Assembly (NCBI RefSeq): GCF_009914755.1 | Contig: NC_060937.1 | Length of the DNA: 64,000 bases | Origin: the human T2T-CHM13v2.0 reference genome, Homo sapiens | Direction: 5' to 3' (one strand) | In this document: piece after piece, positions 12,181 through 29,288 of the stretch | Layout of the letters: each line of letters starts with the position of its first letter | Numbering within the stretch: position 1 is the stretch's first letter | Notes under the pieces: generated by a model | The model's database searches: none | Told to the model about the DNA's origin: nothing | Seen by the model: only the letters and a program-made list of their open reading frames with translations | Position numbers and translations under genes: made by a program

Positions 12181-13238
12181 TATTTTAAAACTAAGAATGT
12201 TGGTACAGTAGTGTAGCAAAATAAGAGAAGGGTCACTGACAAACTGAAGATCAAACGTTTTGGTAGGACTTAAAAGGCTGCCTATAATGTGCTTTTCAAC
12301 TATCCTGTTGTTATTAGCATATACAGAGGAGATTACACAGCATCTCTCTGTATATAATCAGTGATCAGAATTTACCAGATTCATTTCCAAAATATGTAGT
12401 TTAAATGGGCTCTAAGACTACCTGAGTTCTCCTGCTACTTCTTCTAAGTAGCCATGTGAGTTGGGCTAGATTAGGTTTTCTACCTAGTTTTCCTCACCTA
12501 TGATAGGAACAGTACCTTCGTAGGGTTGTTGTGGGGAGTAAGTGAATTCAAACAAAACACAGAACATTTCTGAGCTCATAGTAAGCATTCACCTGTGGGC
12601 CTTTTTTTTTGTTTGTTTGATCTTCTTTTTTCCTGGTTGTTAATTTGTAATCCAACTGGTCCCTACAAAGGTCTTCCTCTACTGCTAAGTCTTTAGTTCA
12701 TCTTCCCTCTTCTCTGAAAACCACTGGGTGCCAATAATTTTGGCATTTCACAGGCTACCTTTCATTGTTTTACTCTCACTCCCCTTTACAAAGAGAAGAT
12801 AATTGTTTCTTCTCTCATTACAAACTTTAATATGTGTATGTCAGTGTACATGTGTACATCACAAAGACAGATGGTCTTGCTTGTAAGTACAGTGTAATTA
12901 TGGTAATTAATTTGCCTGTCTCTCTTCCTTTCTTGAGCTTCTTGATGGCAAGACAGTCTCATTCATCTTTGTTCTTATTGCTCATAAGCTGGTTGTCATT
13001 AAGTGACTGCTAACTTAGTATTCTTTAGGTGTTTATCTCCCTATTTAGCTTGTTTCTGTATAACAAACTATCATAATATGCTGTATTATATCTTTCTTAT
13101 AGCACTTGAACACAGTGCTATATCATCATTAAATAAATGAATTAAGACTTTTTCGTGGTAGAACTAACGTGTCTGTAAACTTATGAAGTGGCTTTTATTG
13201 ATAAATGTTTATAACGATTTGTTTCCCTCATTATTTAG

Positions 13239-13428
13239 GTGCAAGAATATTTGTCAGCAGTATTAAAAATGGAATGTGGTGTCGAGGAACTATCACAGAA
13301 TTAATTCCAATAGAGGGTAGAAATACCAGAAAACCTTGTAGTCCAACCAGATTATTTGTCCATGAAGTTGCACTAATACAAATATTCATGGTAGATTTTG
13401 GAAATTCTGAAGTCCTGATTGTCACTGG
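13239..13428 (+). CDS. RNF17: RNF17 coding exon 6, degenerate Tudor core
   Basis: TTTAG|GT GCA AGA = [18 protein letters not shown]...[15 protein letters not shown]; donor GG|GTATGA; phase 1 to 2. Confidence 0.93.
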
Positions 13429-14211
13429 GTATGATATTTTATAATATGTATCCTTGGCCTGCTTAGAAACATTTTGGAGGGAGGTGGAGTTAAAGAATAA
13501 AGGAAATTAGAGGTAGAGAGGAGTAATTTGTCATTCTTAACTTCCAAGACATACGTTTTATTATTTTGCTCTACTGTTGTCTTGATAAGTAAAACTTTAT
13601 CATTTACCAGTATTACTAGATGGAGAGCTTAGAAAAGGAACTCCAAACTTAAGTACTCTTCTTATGTCACTTTAAAGCAGGGAATAATACACAAACTAAT
13701 TCTTTTAAATGTTACAGTTAGCAACAGATGATTGAGTTAAATTTTTAATCAGACTTCTGTAATTTCATTAATGTTTTTCAAAGTGTCATACTGTCTAACT
13801 CACTGTAGGTATTTTAAATGGTTTTCTCTGTCTTCTAGGAAAATAATACAAACTGATATGTTTCTGTAGTAAGGACCAGTATTAACCATAGCATGATCAC
13901 TTAATGGTTATAGCTTTATGAATAAGTAGATTTATATGGGGGGAAGTGTCATTATCTCCTTTAAGTTCAAACTGCATGAGTATGTGAAAGTGCAAATGTA
14001 GCTGAGATTTCTTTCTGTGGAGGAAAACAGTGTCTCTGCTTATAAAAGCTAAACTAAGTCTATATAGTAAGAAAGTATTAATTTGGACTATAACTTTCTA
14101 AAAGGTGTAACTTAAGAAAAATTATACTTAGAAATGCATACCTTCTGTGGGGGAAAACAAATTTAAGTTTGAAGCATTATTTTCAATAAATATTACTTGA
14201 ATTTCTCCTAG

Positions 14212-14380
14212 AGTTGTTGATACCCATGTGAGACCAGAACACTCTGCTAAGCAACATATTGCACTAAATGATTTATGTCTGGTTCTAAGGAAATCTGAAC
14301 CATATACTGAAGGGCTGCTAAAAGACATCCAGCCATTAGCACAACCATGCTCATTGAAAGACATTGTTCCACAGAATTCA
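14212..14380 (+). CDS. RNF17: RNF17 coding exon 7
   Basis: CCTAG|A GTT GTT = [10 protein letters not shown]...[16 protein letters not shown]; donor CA|GTAAGT; phase 2 to 0. Confidence 0.93.
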
Positions 14381-15206
14381 GTAAGTGAGACTTTAATTAT
14401 TTTTTCCTTCAGAGGTTATTACAATTTTAGCTATGTATTGCCAGTTAGATTGCTAAGTATAGGCTCAGGGAACCAGTAATCTTGATAAATACATAGTGCA
14501 TATTAAACTGTTAGTTCTAATAGAAAAGGAAATGAACTTCGGCTTCCACAATTGAAAACATTTTTAATGGGAAATGGAGTTGAATAAGCATATATTAACA
14601 TAATGATTGGTTAAGTATCTGAGTAAAGCAGTAATTTTGGAGTCAACTATACAGAGAAATAAGTTTATGATGTGTGTGTTTCTCTACAGTATTTTCTTAT
14701 TTCCATTGCCCTTTATTATTCTATTTAATGGCCATATTGCATTCTGCGTTTTGTATTATTTATGAAAATCTATTCTCCAGCAAGATTGTAAACTCTTAAG
14801 AGACAGAAATTGTAACAATACATGTTAAGCAGTTGTATTCTTACAAGGTCTATGAGAGCAGAGGAGTCTGTCTTTGCTCATCGTTGTATTCCCAGCATTT
14901 AGCAGATCACATGCCACATAGAAGGCATTCAACACATACTTGAAATAACAAATAAGTTAATTTAAAAAAAAGGAAACACAAAAATAGCAGCACTGGTGTT
15001 TTCTTTAAAATGATGAGTGTTTTGTTTTTAATTTTCTCTTTTTTAACTTTTCACATTTTTACACTGAGTAGATTTTACATTTATAATCATAAAAACTTCA
15101 GAAAGCTATTCTCTTTTTTTGTTTTTAAGGAATTTCTGGTTTTGATCCTGAAATTTACTTTCAATATGTTACGTAAATGTTCAAAGATCAACATAAAAAG
15201 TTTTTT

Positions 15207-15478
15207 GGCTGGTTTTGGTGGCCCAAGGCTGTAATTCCAGCACTTTGGGAGGCCGAGATGGGAGGACCGCTTCAGCTCAGGAGTTTGAGACCAGCCTGGG
15301 CAACATGGTGAGACCCTGTCTACCAAAAATACAAAAATTAGCCAGGTGTGGTAGTGCACCATGAAGGCTGAGGTGGAAGGATCTCTTGAGCTTGGGAGGC
15401 GGAGATTGCATGAGCTGAGATTATGCCACTGCACACCAGTCTGGGTGACAGAGTAAGACCCTGTCTCAAAAGAAAAAA
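15207..15478 (+). mobile_element. Alu (J-type, small internal deletion)
   Basis: CAGCACTTTGGGAGGCCGAG...GACAGAGTAAGACCCTGTCTCAAAA. Confidence 0.9.
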
Positions 15479-15820
15479 TTGTTTGCCCAGTGGGTGGATT
15501 TTTTTTTAAATCACTTAAGTAGCATAAATCTTATGCATTGCTAGTAATGGAAGCTAGATTAACTGATGATTGTAAATTTTTAGATTTTATTTTAGGCATA
15601 CCTATACTTTCAGAATTACCTTTTGAATTTTCATCTAAGTGGAAAATTGAATACTTATTTCTTTCATTTTGAGATCTTTCTTTATAACCTTCATATTAAT
15701 ATTCAAAAGTGAAACTAAATTCTAAAGTAAAACCTTGAGAATATATTTATAAAGTGAAGGTATATGCACGTTGTACATTCATAAAGACTGCCCCTAAGTT
15801 TGTGGCCCTGGCTGTTTCTA

Positions 15821-16086
15821 TTTTTCTTTCTTTTCTTTCTTCTTTTTTTTGAGATGGAGTCTTGTTCTGTCGCCCAGGCTGGAGTGCAGTGGCATGATCT
15901 CGGCTCACTGCAACCTCTGCCTCCCGGGTTCAAGCAGTCCCCTGCCTCAGCCTCCCGAGTAGCTGGGATTAAAGGCACCTGCCACCACGCCCCGCTAATT
16001 TTTGTATTTTTTGTAGAGACAGGGTTTCACCATCTTGGCCAGGCTGGTCTTGAACTCCTGACCTTGTGAGTCACCACGCCCGGCTG
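15821..16086 (-). mobile_element. AluS with left-arm deletion
   Basis: T-rich tail, Alu body; TSD GCCCTGGCTGTTTC on both sides. Confidence 0.92.
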
Positions 16087-16226
16087 CCCTGGCTGTTTCC
16101 TAATGTCTGCGGTTGGTTCAGTTTGTTCGCAGTTGCGTCTGTGGTTGGTACAAACCTAAATCCAGAACATTGTAACATTAGCGATACTTACAATTAATTA
16201 CTATGGAATTTTACTTTCTTGCACAG

Positions 16227-16417
16227 AATGAAGGCTGGGAAGAGGAAGCTAAAGTGGAATTTTTGAAAATGGTAAATAACAAGGCTGTTTCAATGAAAGT
16301 TTTTAGAGAAGAAGATGGTGTGCTTATTGTAGATCTGCAAAAACCACCACCGAATAAAATAAGCAGTGATATGCCTGTGTCTCTTAGAGATGCGCTAGTT
16401 TTTATGGAACTAGCAAA
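16227..16417 (+). CDS. RNF17: RNF17 coding exon 8
   Basis: CACAG|AAT GAA GGC = [16 protein letters not shown]...[12 protein letters not shown](K); donor AA|GTAAGT; phase 0 to 2. Confidence 0.93.
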
Positions 16418-16611
16418 GTAAGTAACTTATTAAAACTTAAATATTCTTTGAGATTATAGCTATAAATGAGAGTAGCAGATTTTGCCTTTAAAAACCATGT
16501 CTGTAAAGTAAACCTTAACATACCTGAAGTGAAAAATATTGCTCTTAGACTTTTCTGAGTACAGTTGTTGTCTGTGAAAACTGGATTCAGATAATTGGAT
16601 TTAAGAAAATA

Positions 16612-16901
16612 GGCTGGGCAGGGCGTCTCACAACTGTAATTCTAGCACTGTGGGAGGCCGAGGAGGGAGGATTCCTTGGGGTCATGAGTTTGAGACCAGG
16701 CTGGGCAACATAGCTAGACCTCGTCTCTACAACGAAATACAAAAAGAAATTAACCAGGCGTGGTGGCATGCATCTGTAGTTCCAGCTTCTCAGGTCAGGA
16801 GCTGAGGTGGGAGGTTTGCTTGAGCCCAGGAGTTCGAGCTGTGCTCTTGCCACTGTACTCCAGGTTGGGTGACAGAGTGAGACCCTGTCTGTAAAGAAAA
16901 A
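16612..16901 (+). mobile_element. Alu (J-type)
   Basis: Two-arm Alu with A-rich tail. Confidence 0.9.
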
Positions 16902-17144
16902 CGAAAATTAGAAAAATTAGAGAAATTAAGGTAGCTCAAAATATAAAGTATGTATAAATACCTAACATCTTTTGGACTCTTGATAACTTTATTAGCAGCT
17001 GTATGAGGATTTCAATAATTATAGTTTAACTGTTCCTAAATTTTCCTCAATTTTGTAGCCTTTGGAATGAGTTCATGATCACTACCCTATATTCAATGTA
17101 TGAATCTAGAATAGATGTTTAAAGTTTCTTTGTCCATCATTTCT

Positions 17145-17426
17145 TTTTTGTTTGTTTGAGACAGAGTCTTCATCCCATCACCCAGGCTAGAGTGCAGTAG
17201 CACAGCCTCAGCTCATTGAAACCTCTGCCTCCCCAGGTTCTGGTGATTCTCATGTCTCAGCCTTCCCAGTAGCTGGAATTGCAGGCACACGCCACCACTC
17301 CCGGCTAATTTTTGTATTTTTAGCAGAGACAGGGTTTCACCTTGTTGGCCAGGCTGGTCTTGAACTCCTGCCCACCTTGGCCTTCCAAAGTGCTGGGATT
17401 ACAGGCGTGAGCCACAGTGCCTAGGC
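17145..17426 (-). mobile_element. Alu
   Basis: Alu body; TSD TGTCCATCATTTCT on both sides. Confidence 0.92.
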
Positions 17427-17832
17427 TGTCCATCATTTCTGATGACTTAAGTAACCATAGAGGTAGTCAAAGATTCTAATTTTTACCTTGGGTGATTGGG
17501 AATGGAACCCAAGCAGGTTCCATTCTAGAAAAATACAAGTAGTCTTGGATCTGGAAGGAGCCACAGAGACCCTTCAGCTGACACAGACCACAGATATCAA
17601 TGTAACACAAAAAATAGAAGCAGCTTTGAATCTAAGTACGACATGAAAGCCTAGCTCTAAAGTTTTGAGACTTGATATCTTATTTAACCTGGTTTGATAA
17701 TTGAAGACAATACCAAGAAATGTTAGAAGAAAGAAATTGGAAGATGAGCGCTTTTGGTAAATAAGTCAGTACACGTACAAGTCCTTCCTTTAGATCAAGT
17801 CACTGAGAGAAAAGAGACTAAGAAAATGGCTT

Positions 17833-18101
17833 GGCCAGGTATGGTGGCTTACACTTGTATCCCAGCACTTTGGGAGGCCAAGGCAGTAGGGTCGCCTGAG
17901 CCCAGGAGTTCAGGGTCAACCTGGGCAATGTAGGGAGACCCTGTCTCTACAAAAATTAGCCAGGTGTGATGGCATGCCCCTGTGGTCCCAGCTACTTGGG
18001 AGGCTGAGGTGGGAGGATTGCTTGAGCCCAGAAGGGTAGAGGCTGCAGTGAGCCATGATAGCACCACTGCACTCCAGCCTGGGTGACAGGGTGAGACCCT
18101 G
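17833..18101 (+). mobile_element. Alu (J-type) lacking its poly(A) tail
   Basis: GGCCAGGTATGGTGGC...GGGTGACAGGGTGAGACCCTG runs directly into the exon 9 acceptor region. Confidence 0.92.
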
Positions 18102-18130
18102 CTTACGCTTTTCATTATGCTTTTAATTAG

Positions 18131-18272
18131 GTTTAAGTCACAATCACTAAGAAGTCACTTTGAAAAAAATACTACTTTACACTATCATCCACCTATTTTG
18201 CCTAAAGAAATGACAGATGTTTCAGTAACGGTTTGTCATATAAATAGTCCTGGAGATTTCTATCTTCAGTTG
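18131..18272 (+). CDS. RNF17: RNF17 coding exon 9
   Basis: ATTAG|G TTT AAG = [10 protein letters not shown]...[16 protein letters not shown]; donor TG|GTAAGT; phase 2 to 0. Confidence 0.93.
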
Positions 18273-19736
18273 GTAAGTATATAATGTGTTTTTGAAATGA
18301 AGTTTTTAAAAAAATTTTAATTAGACATGTATAACAAGAATGAGTATCTACCGTCAATTTTAGTCAGAGCAAACGTACCACTGTTAACCTTCTATACGTT
18401 TAAATTTCTTAGTAGTTGCAACTTCAAACAAGTTTATATGATTTATCACAAATTGAAAGAACAATGAAGGATAATTAATGTATAAATGTTTCTTGCTACC
18501 TTCTGAAATCTGGAGACTAGGAAAGCATATAGAGTTAGCAAATAGAAATATAATGATAAAATAAATTTTTTTCTAACCTGTACCTCTGAAAATTTACCGA
18601 TTATTATTAGGTGTTTTCTGAATTTGAACACCAAAATAGACACAGATTAAAGGCATTTCGTATTGAACTTTGGATGTGTGACTGATGTGTTTAGATAGTA
18701 ACAATAATAGTTCATCCTTATTGATTTCTGGGTGCTTTATATGATTTAACTCATCATAAGGCCCTTAAGACTTTAAGGGAATTAACTCATTAATCTTTGC
18801 AACAATCCTGTGAGAAAGACACTGTTGTCTCCATTTGAATGTGGAGACCCTAACCACAGAGATGAAGCATCTTGCCCAAGATCACACAGCTCTGAAAGGG
18901 TAGAACCAGGATTGACCAAGCTTCAGAACTTGTCGTCTCAAGCACTGCATCACACTGTAGTGGCTCCTCAAATGAGTTGTGGAAGCTCCTTATCTAAGTT
19001 AGGATTTGCGTTTATTTCTTTTGTTGATTTTTTACAGCGTCTTTTATGGTAAAATATACATAATATAATTTTATAGTTTTTAATAATTGTTCAGTGTACC
19101 ATTCAGTGCCATTAAGGCCATTAAGTGTTGTGCATCCATTTCCAGAGCTTTTTATTTATCTCAAACAAAAGCCCTGTACCTATTAAACAATCACATACCA
19201 TTTCTTCTCCCCTAGTCCCTGATAAACTTCTGTTCTACTTTCTGTCTCTATGAAATTGCCTATTCTAGGTACCTCTTAAGTGAAATCATATACAATGTTT
19301 CCTTTTGTATCTGGCTTCTTTCACTTCAACTTAATGTTTTCAAGGTTCCTATTATGTAGGATGTATCAGAATTTCATTCCTTTATATGGCTGAATAATAT
19401 TCCATGTATGGATATACTACATTTTGTTTATCCATTCATCTATTGATGGCCATTTGGATTGTTTCCACCTTTTGGCCTATGTGAATAATGCTGCTATGGA
19501 CACTGGCATGAAAGTATCCATTTGGGTCTCTGCTTTCAGTTCCTCTGGTATGTATAATACCTAGGAATGATTGCTGGATTATATGGTAATTTTATGTTTA
19601 ACTTTTTGGGGGAACTGCCGAACTGTTTTCTACAGCAGCTGCAGTTTTACATTCTTACCAGCAATCCACAAGGTTCCAATTTCTCCACACCCTCATGAAC
19701 ACTTGGTTTTTTTTTTCTTTTTTAAATAACATTCTT

Positions 19737-20478
19737 TTTTTTATTATTATACTTTAAGTTCTGGGATACATGTGCAGAACATGCAGGTTTGTTACATAGG
19801 TATACATGTGCCATGGTGGTTTGCTGCACCCATCCCCATCACCTACATTAGGTATTTCTCCTAATGCTATCCCTCCTCTTGTCCCCACCCCACAACAGGC
19901 CCCAGTGTGTGATATTCCCCTCCCTGTGTCTGTGTGTTCTCATTGTTTAACTCCCACTTATGACTGAGAACATGCAGTGTTTGGTTTTCTGTTCCTGTGT
20001 TAGTTTGCTGAGAATGTCCCTGCAAAGGATGTGACTCATTCTTTTTTATGTCTGCATAGTATTCCATGGTGTATATGTGCCATATTTTCTTTATCCAGTC
20101 TATCATTGATGGGCATTTGGGTTGGTTCCAACTCTTTGCTATTGTGAATAGTGCTGCAATAAACATACGTGTGTAAGTGTCTTTATAGTAGAATGATTTC
20201 TAATCCTTTGGGTATATACCCAGTAATGGGATTGCTGGGTCAAATGGATTTCTGGTTCTAGATCCTTGAGGAATTGCCACACCGGTTGAACTAATTTACA
20301 CTCCCACCAACAATGTAAAAGCATTCCTATTTCTCCACATCCTCTCCAGCATCTGATCGCCTTTCTGACTGGTGTGAGATGGTATCTCATTGTGGTTTTG
20401 ATTTGCATTTCTCTAATGACCAGTGATGATGAGCATGTTTTTCATATGTTTGTTGGTCACAGCAATGTCTTCTTTTGA
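19737..20478 (-). mobile_element. 5'-truncated L1PA (PA6-PA8-like)
   Basis: TTTTATTATTATACTTTAAGTTCTGGGATACATGTGCAGAAC 3' end; ORF2 C-terminal peptides at 19867-20408. Confidence 0.88.
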
Positions 20479-20708
20479 ATAATAGCGTTCTTTTTTTATT
20501 ATTATTATACTTTAAGTTTTAGGGTACATGTGCACAATGTGCAGGTTAGTTACATATGTATACATGTGCCATGCTGGTGCGCTGCACCCACTAACTCGTC
20601 ATCTAGCATTAGGTGTATCTCCCAATGCTATCTCTCCCCCCTCCCCCCACCCCAAAACAGTCCCCAGAGTGTGATGTTCCCCTTCCTGTGTCCATGTGTT
20701 CTCATTGT

Positions 20709-24539
<3,831 letters not shown>

Positions 24540-24587
24540 TTATTTTGCTCGTTAGTTGATGCAGTTTCTTCCTAGTCTCGATGGTCT

Positions 24588-25604
24588 TTACATTTTGGCA
24601 TGATTTTGCAGCAGCTGGTACCGGTTGTTCCTTTCCATGTTTAGCGCTTCCTTCAGGAGCTCTTTTAGGGCAGGCCTGGTGGTGACAAAATCTCTCAGCA
24701 TTTGCTTGTCTGGAAAGTATTTTATTTCTCCTTCACTTATGAAGCTTAGTTTGGCTGGATATGAAATTCTGGGTTGAAAATTCTTTTCTTTAAGAATGTT
24801 GAATATTGGCCCCCACTCTCTTCTGGCTTGTAGAGTTTCTGCCGAGAGATCCACTGTTAGTCTGAGGGGCTTCCCTTTGAGGGTAACCCGACCTTTCTCT
24901 CTGGCTGCTCTTAACATTTTTTCCTTCATTTCCACTTTGGTGAATCTGACAATTATGTGTCTTGGAGTTGCTCTTCTCGAGGAGTATCTTTGTGGCGTTC
25001 TCTGTATTTCCTGAATCTGAATGTTGGCCTGCCTTGCTAGATTGGGGAAGTTCTCCTGGATAATATCCTGCAGAGTGTTTTCCAACTTGGTTCCATTCTC
25101 CCCGTCACTTTCAGGTACACCAATCAGACATAGATTTGGTCTTTTCACATAGTCCCATATTTCTTGGAGGCTTTGTTCATTTCTTTTTATTCTTTTTTCT
25201 CTAAACTTCCCTTCTCGCTTCATTTCATTCATTTCATCTTCCATCGCTGATACCCTTTCTTCCAGTTGATCGCATCGGCTGCTGAGGCTTCTGTATTCTT
25301 CATGTAGTTCTTGAGCCTTGGTTTTCAGCTCCGTCAGCTCCTTTAAGCACTTCTCTGTATTGGTTATTCTAGTTATACATTCTTCTAAATTTTTTTCAAA
25401 GTTTTCAACTTCTTTGCCTTTGGTTTGAATGTCCTCCCGTAGCTCGGAGTAATTTGATCGTCTGAAGCCTTCTTCTCTCAGGTCGTCAAAGTCATTCTCC
25501 GTCCCGCTTTGTTCTGTTGCTGGTGAGGAACTCTACTCCTTTGGAGGAGGAGAGGCGCTCTGCTTTTTAGAGTTTCCAGTTTTTCTGCTCTGTTTTTTCC
25601 CCAT
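24588..25604 (-). pseudogene. L1 ORF1p, full 338-codon frame with a premature TAG at codon 24
   Basis: MGKKQSRKTGNSKKQSASPPPKE* then open through ...LLQNHAKM*; 1017 nt with no frameshift. Confidence 0.92.
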
Positions 25605-26823
<1,219 letters not shown>

Positions 26824-26999
26824 AATAGCATTCTTAATAAGTGTGAAATGGTATCACTTTGTGATTTTGATCTGCATTTCCCTAATGGCCAGTGATACTG
26901 AACATCTTTACATGTCCTTATTTATTGGCCATTTGTATATCTTTGAAGAAATAGCCATTCCAGTCATCCATTTATTTTTTTAAATGTTTAAAACTTTTT

Positions 27000-27296
27000 A
27001 TTTGTTTTTTATTTTTTAAACACAGGGCTTCACTCTGTTGCCCAGGCTAGAATGCAGTGGCATGATTGTAAGCTCACTGCAGCCTCAATCTCCTAGGCTC
27101 AAGGGATCCTCTAGCCTCAGCCTCCCATATTGCTAGTACTACAGGCACATACCACCACACCTGTCTAATTATTATTTTGTAGACACAGGGTCTTGCTAGG
27201 TAATCCAGGCTGGCCTTGAACTCCTGGGCTAGAGTGATCCTCCCACCTTGGCCTCCCAAAGTGCTGGTATTACAAGCATGATTCACCATGCCCAAA
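27000..27296 (-). mobile_element. Alu (J-type)
   Basis: CTCACTGCAGCCTCAATCTCCTAGGCTCAAG...CCCAAAGTGCTGG. Confidence 0.88.
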
Positions 27297-27401
27297 CCTT
27301 TGTCCATTTTTGTAATTGGGTTGTTTATTTTGTTGTTGGATTGTAGGAGTTTTCATGTATTCTAGATACTAAATTCTTATGAGATATATGACTTACAAAT
27401 G

Positions 27402-28128
27402 CAGTTGATCGTTGAACAAGTGGTAGTGGTGGATACCAACCCCCGTGTAGTCAAATATTTGCGTGTAACTACTTTTTTTTTTCTTTTCTTGAGACAAGGT
27501 CCAGCACTGTTGCTTAGGCTGGAGTGCAGTGGCAAGATCATAGCTTACTGCAGCCTGGAACTCCTGGACTGAAGTGGTTTCCTGTCTCAGCCTCCCAAGT
27601 AGCTAGAACTGCAGGCATGCAGCACAGCTCGCTAATTTTTTTTTTTTTTTTTTTTTTTTTTTAGAGACAGGTTCTTGCTGTGTTGCCCAGGTTGGTTTTG
27701 AACTCCTGGTCCCAAACAGTCCTCCTGCCTCAGCCTCCCAAAGTGCTGAAATTACAGGCATGAGCCTCGACACTCAGTCTGCGTTTATCTTTTGATTTCC
27801 ACAAAACTTAACTACTAATAGCCTACTGTTGATTAGAAGCCTTAATAATATATAAACAGCTAACATATATTTTGTATATGTATTCAATACTGCATTCTTA
27901 AAGTAAGCTAGAGAAAAAGTGTTATTAAAAATCATAAAGAGAAAATATATTTACTATTCATTAACTGAACGTGGATCATTATACAAGTCTTCATGCCCAT
28001 CACCTTCATGTTGAATAGGCTGAGGAAGAGCAGAAGTTGGTCTTGCTGTCTCTGGTCTGGCAGAGGTGGAAAAAAATTTGCACATAATTGGAACTGTGTA
28101 GTTCAAAGGCGTGTTCCAAGGCTGGCTG
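27402..28128. mobile_element. Tigger2a/MER28-like DNA transposon, split by an AluJ (27474-27778, minus strand)
   Basis: Decayed TIRs CAGTTGATCGTTGAACA ... TGTTCCAAGGCTGGCTG|TA; core AAAACTTAACTACTAATAGCCTACTGTTGA. Confidence 0.75.
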
Positions 28129-29244
28129 TATTTTCTCCCATTTTGTGGGTTGTCTTTTCACTTTCTTGATAGTGTCCTTTGTTCCACAAAAGTTTTTAAT
28201 TTTATGAAGGCCAATTTAATTATTGTTTCTTTCGTTGCTTGTGCTTTTGGTGTCATATCCAAGATAACATTATCAAATCTGACATCATGATGCTTCTTCC
28301 CTATGCTTTCTTCTAAGAGTTTTATAGGTTTAGATCTTTGATTCATTTTGAGTTAATTTTGTACAAAGTATAAGGTAAGGGCCCAGCTTCATTATTTTGA
28401 ATTGGATATTCAGTTTTTCCAGCACTATTTGTTGAAAACACTGTCTTTTCCCCCATTGAATGGTCTTGGCACCCTTGTTAAAAGTGAAAGTTTATTTCTG
28501 GACTTTCTATTTTGTTCCATTTGTCTGTGTATCTGTCCTTATGTCAGTACCACACTGTTTTGATTACTGTAGTTGTGTTGTAACTTTTGAAATCAAAACG
28601 TGTGAGTCTTCCAACTTTGTTCTTTTTCAAGATTGTTTTGGTTATTCAGTGTCTCTTAAGATTCCATGTGACTTTTAGGATGGGTTTTTCTGTTTCCCCA
28701 AGAAATACAGTATGATATTGAGTATGATATTATCATTTGCTAATGTATTGAAACTCAACTGATTTTTACATGTGAATTTTGTGTCTAGCAGCTTTGCTGA
28801 ATTAATTTGTTTTAACAAGTGAGAGAGAGAGAAGGTGTGTGTATGTAATTTGGGGGCATTTTCTCACGTATAAGATCATGTCATCTATGAACAGAGAAAT
28901 GTCATTGGGATTTTAACAGGGATTACATTGAATTGTAAATCACTTTGGATAGCATTGACATCTTAACAATTTTAAGTCATCTTATCCATGAACACCGGAT
29001 TTTTTTCATTTAGTTAGATCTTATTTAATATCTTTCAACAGTTTTGTGTGGTTTTCAGCATAACAATTTTTGGCCCATTTGCTCAAGTTTATTCTTAATT
29101 CTTTTAGATGCTGTTGTAAACGGAATTGCTTTTTTAAATTTCCTCTTCAATTTGCTCATTTACTAATGTATTAAAACACAACTGATTTTTACATGTGAAT
29201 TTTGTGTCTAGCAACTTTGCTGAATTAATTTGGTAGGCCTAACG

Positions 29245-29246
<2 letters not shown>

Positions 29247-29288
<42 letters not shown>
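29247..29288. repeat. (GT)21 microsatellite
   Basis: Seen directly; uninterrupted. Confidence 0.95.

Noticed and set aside
17530-17830. Coding-looking purine-rich stretch (…LDLEGATETLQLTQTTDINV…)
   Set aside because: Short frame ending in TGA, no convincing splice sites, no recognisable protein; the RNF17 frame is complete without it.
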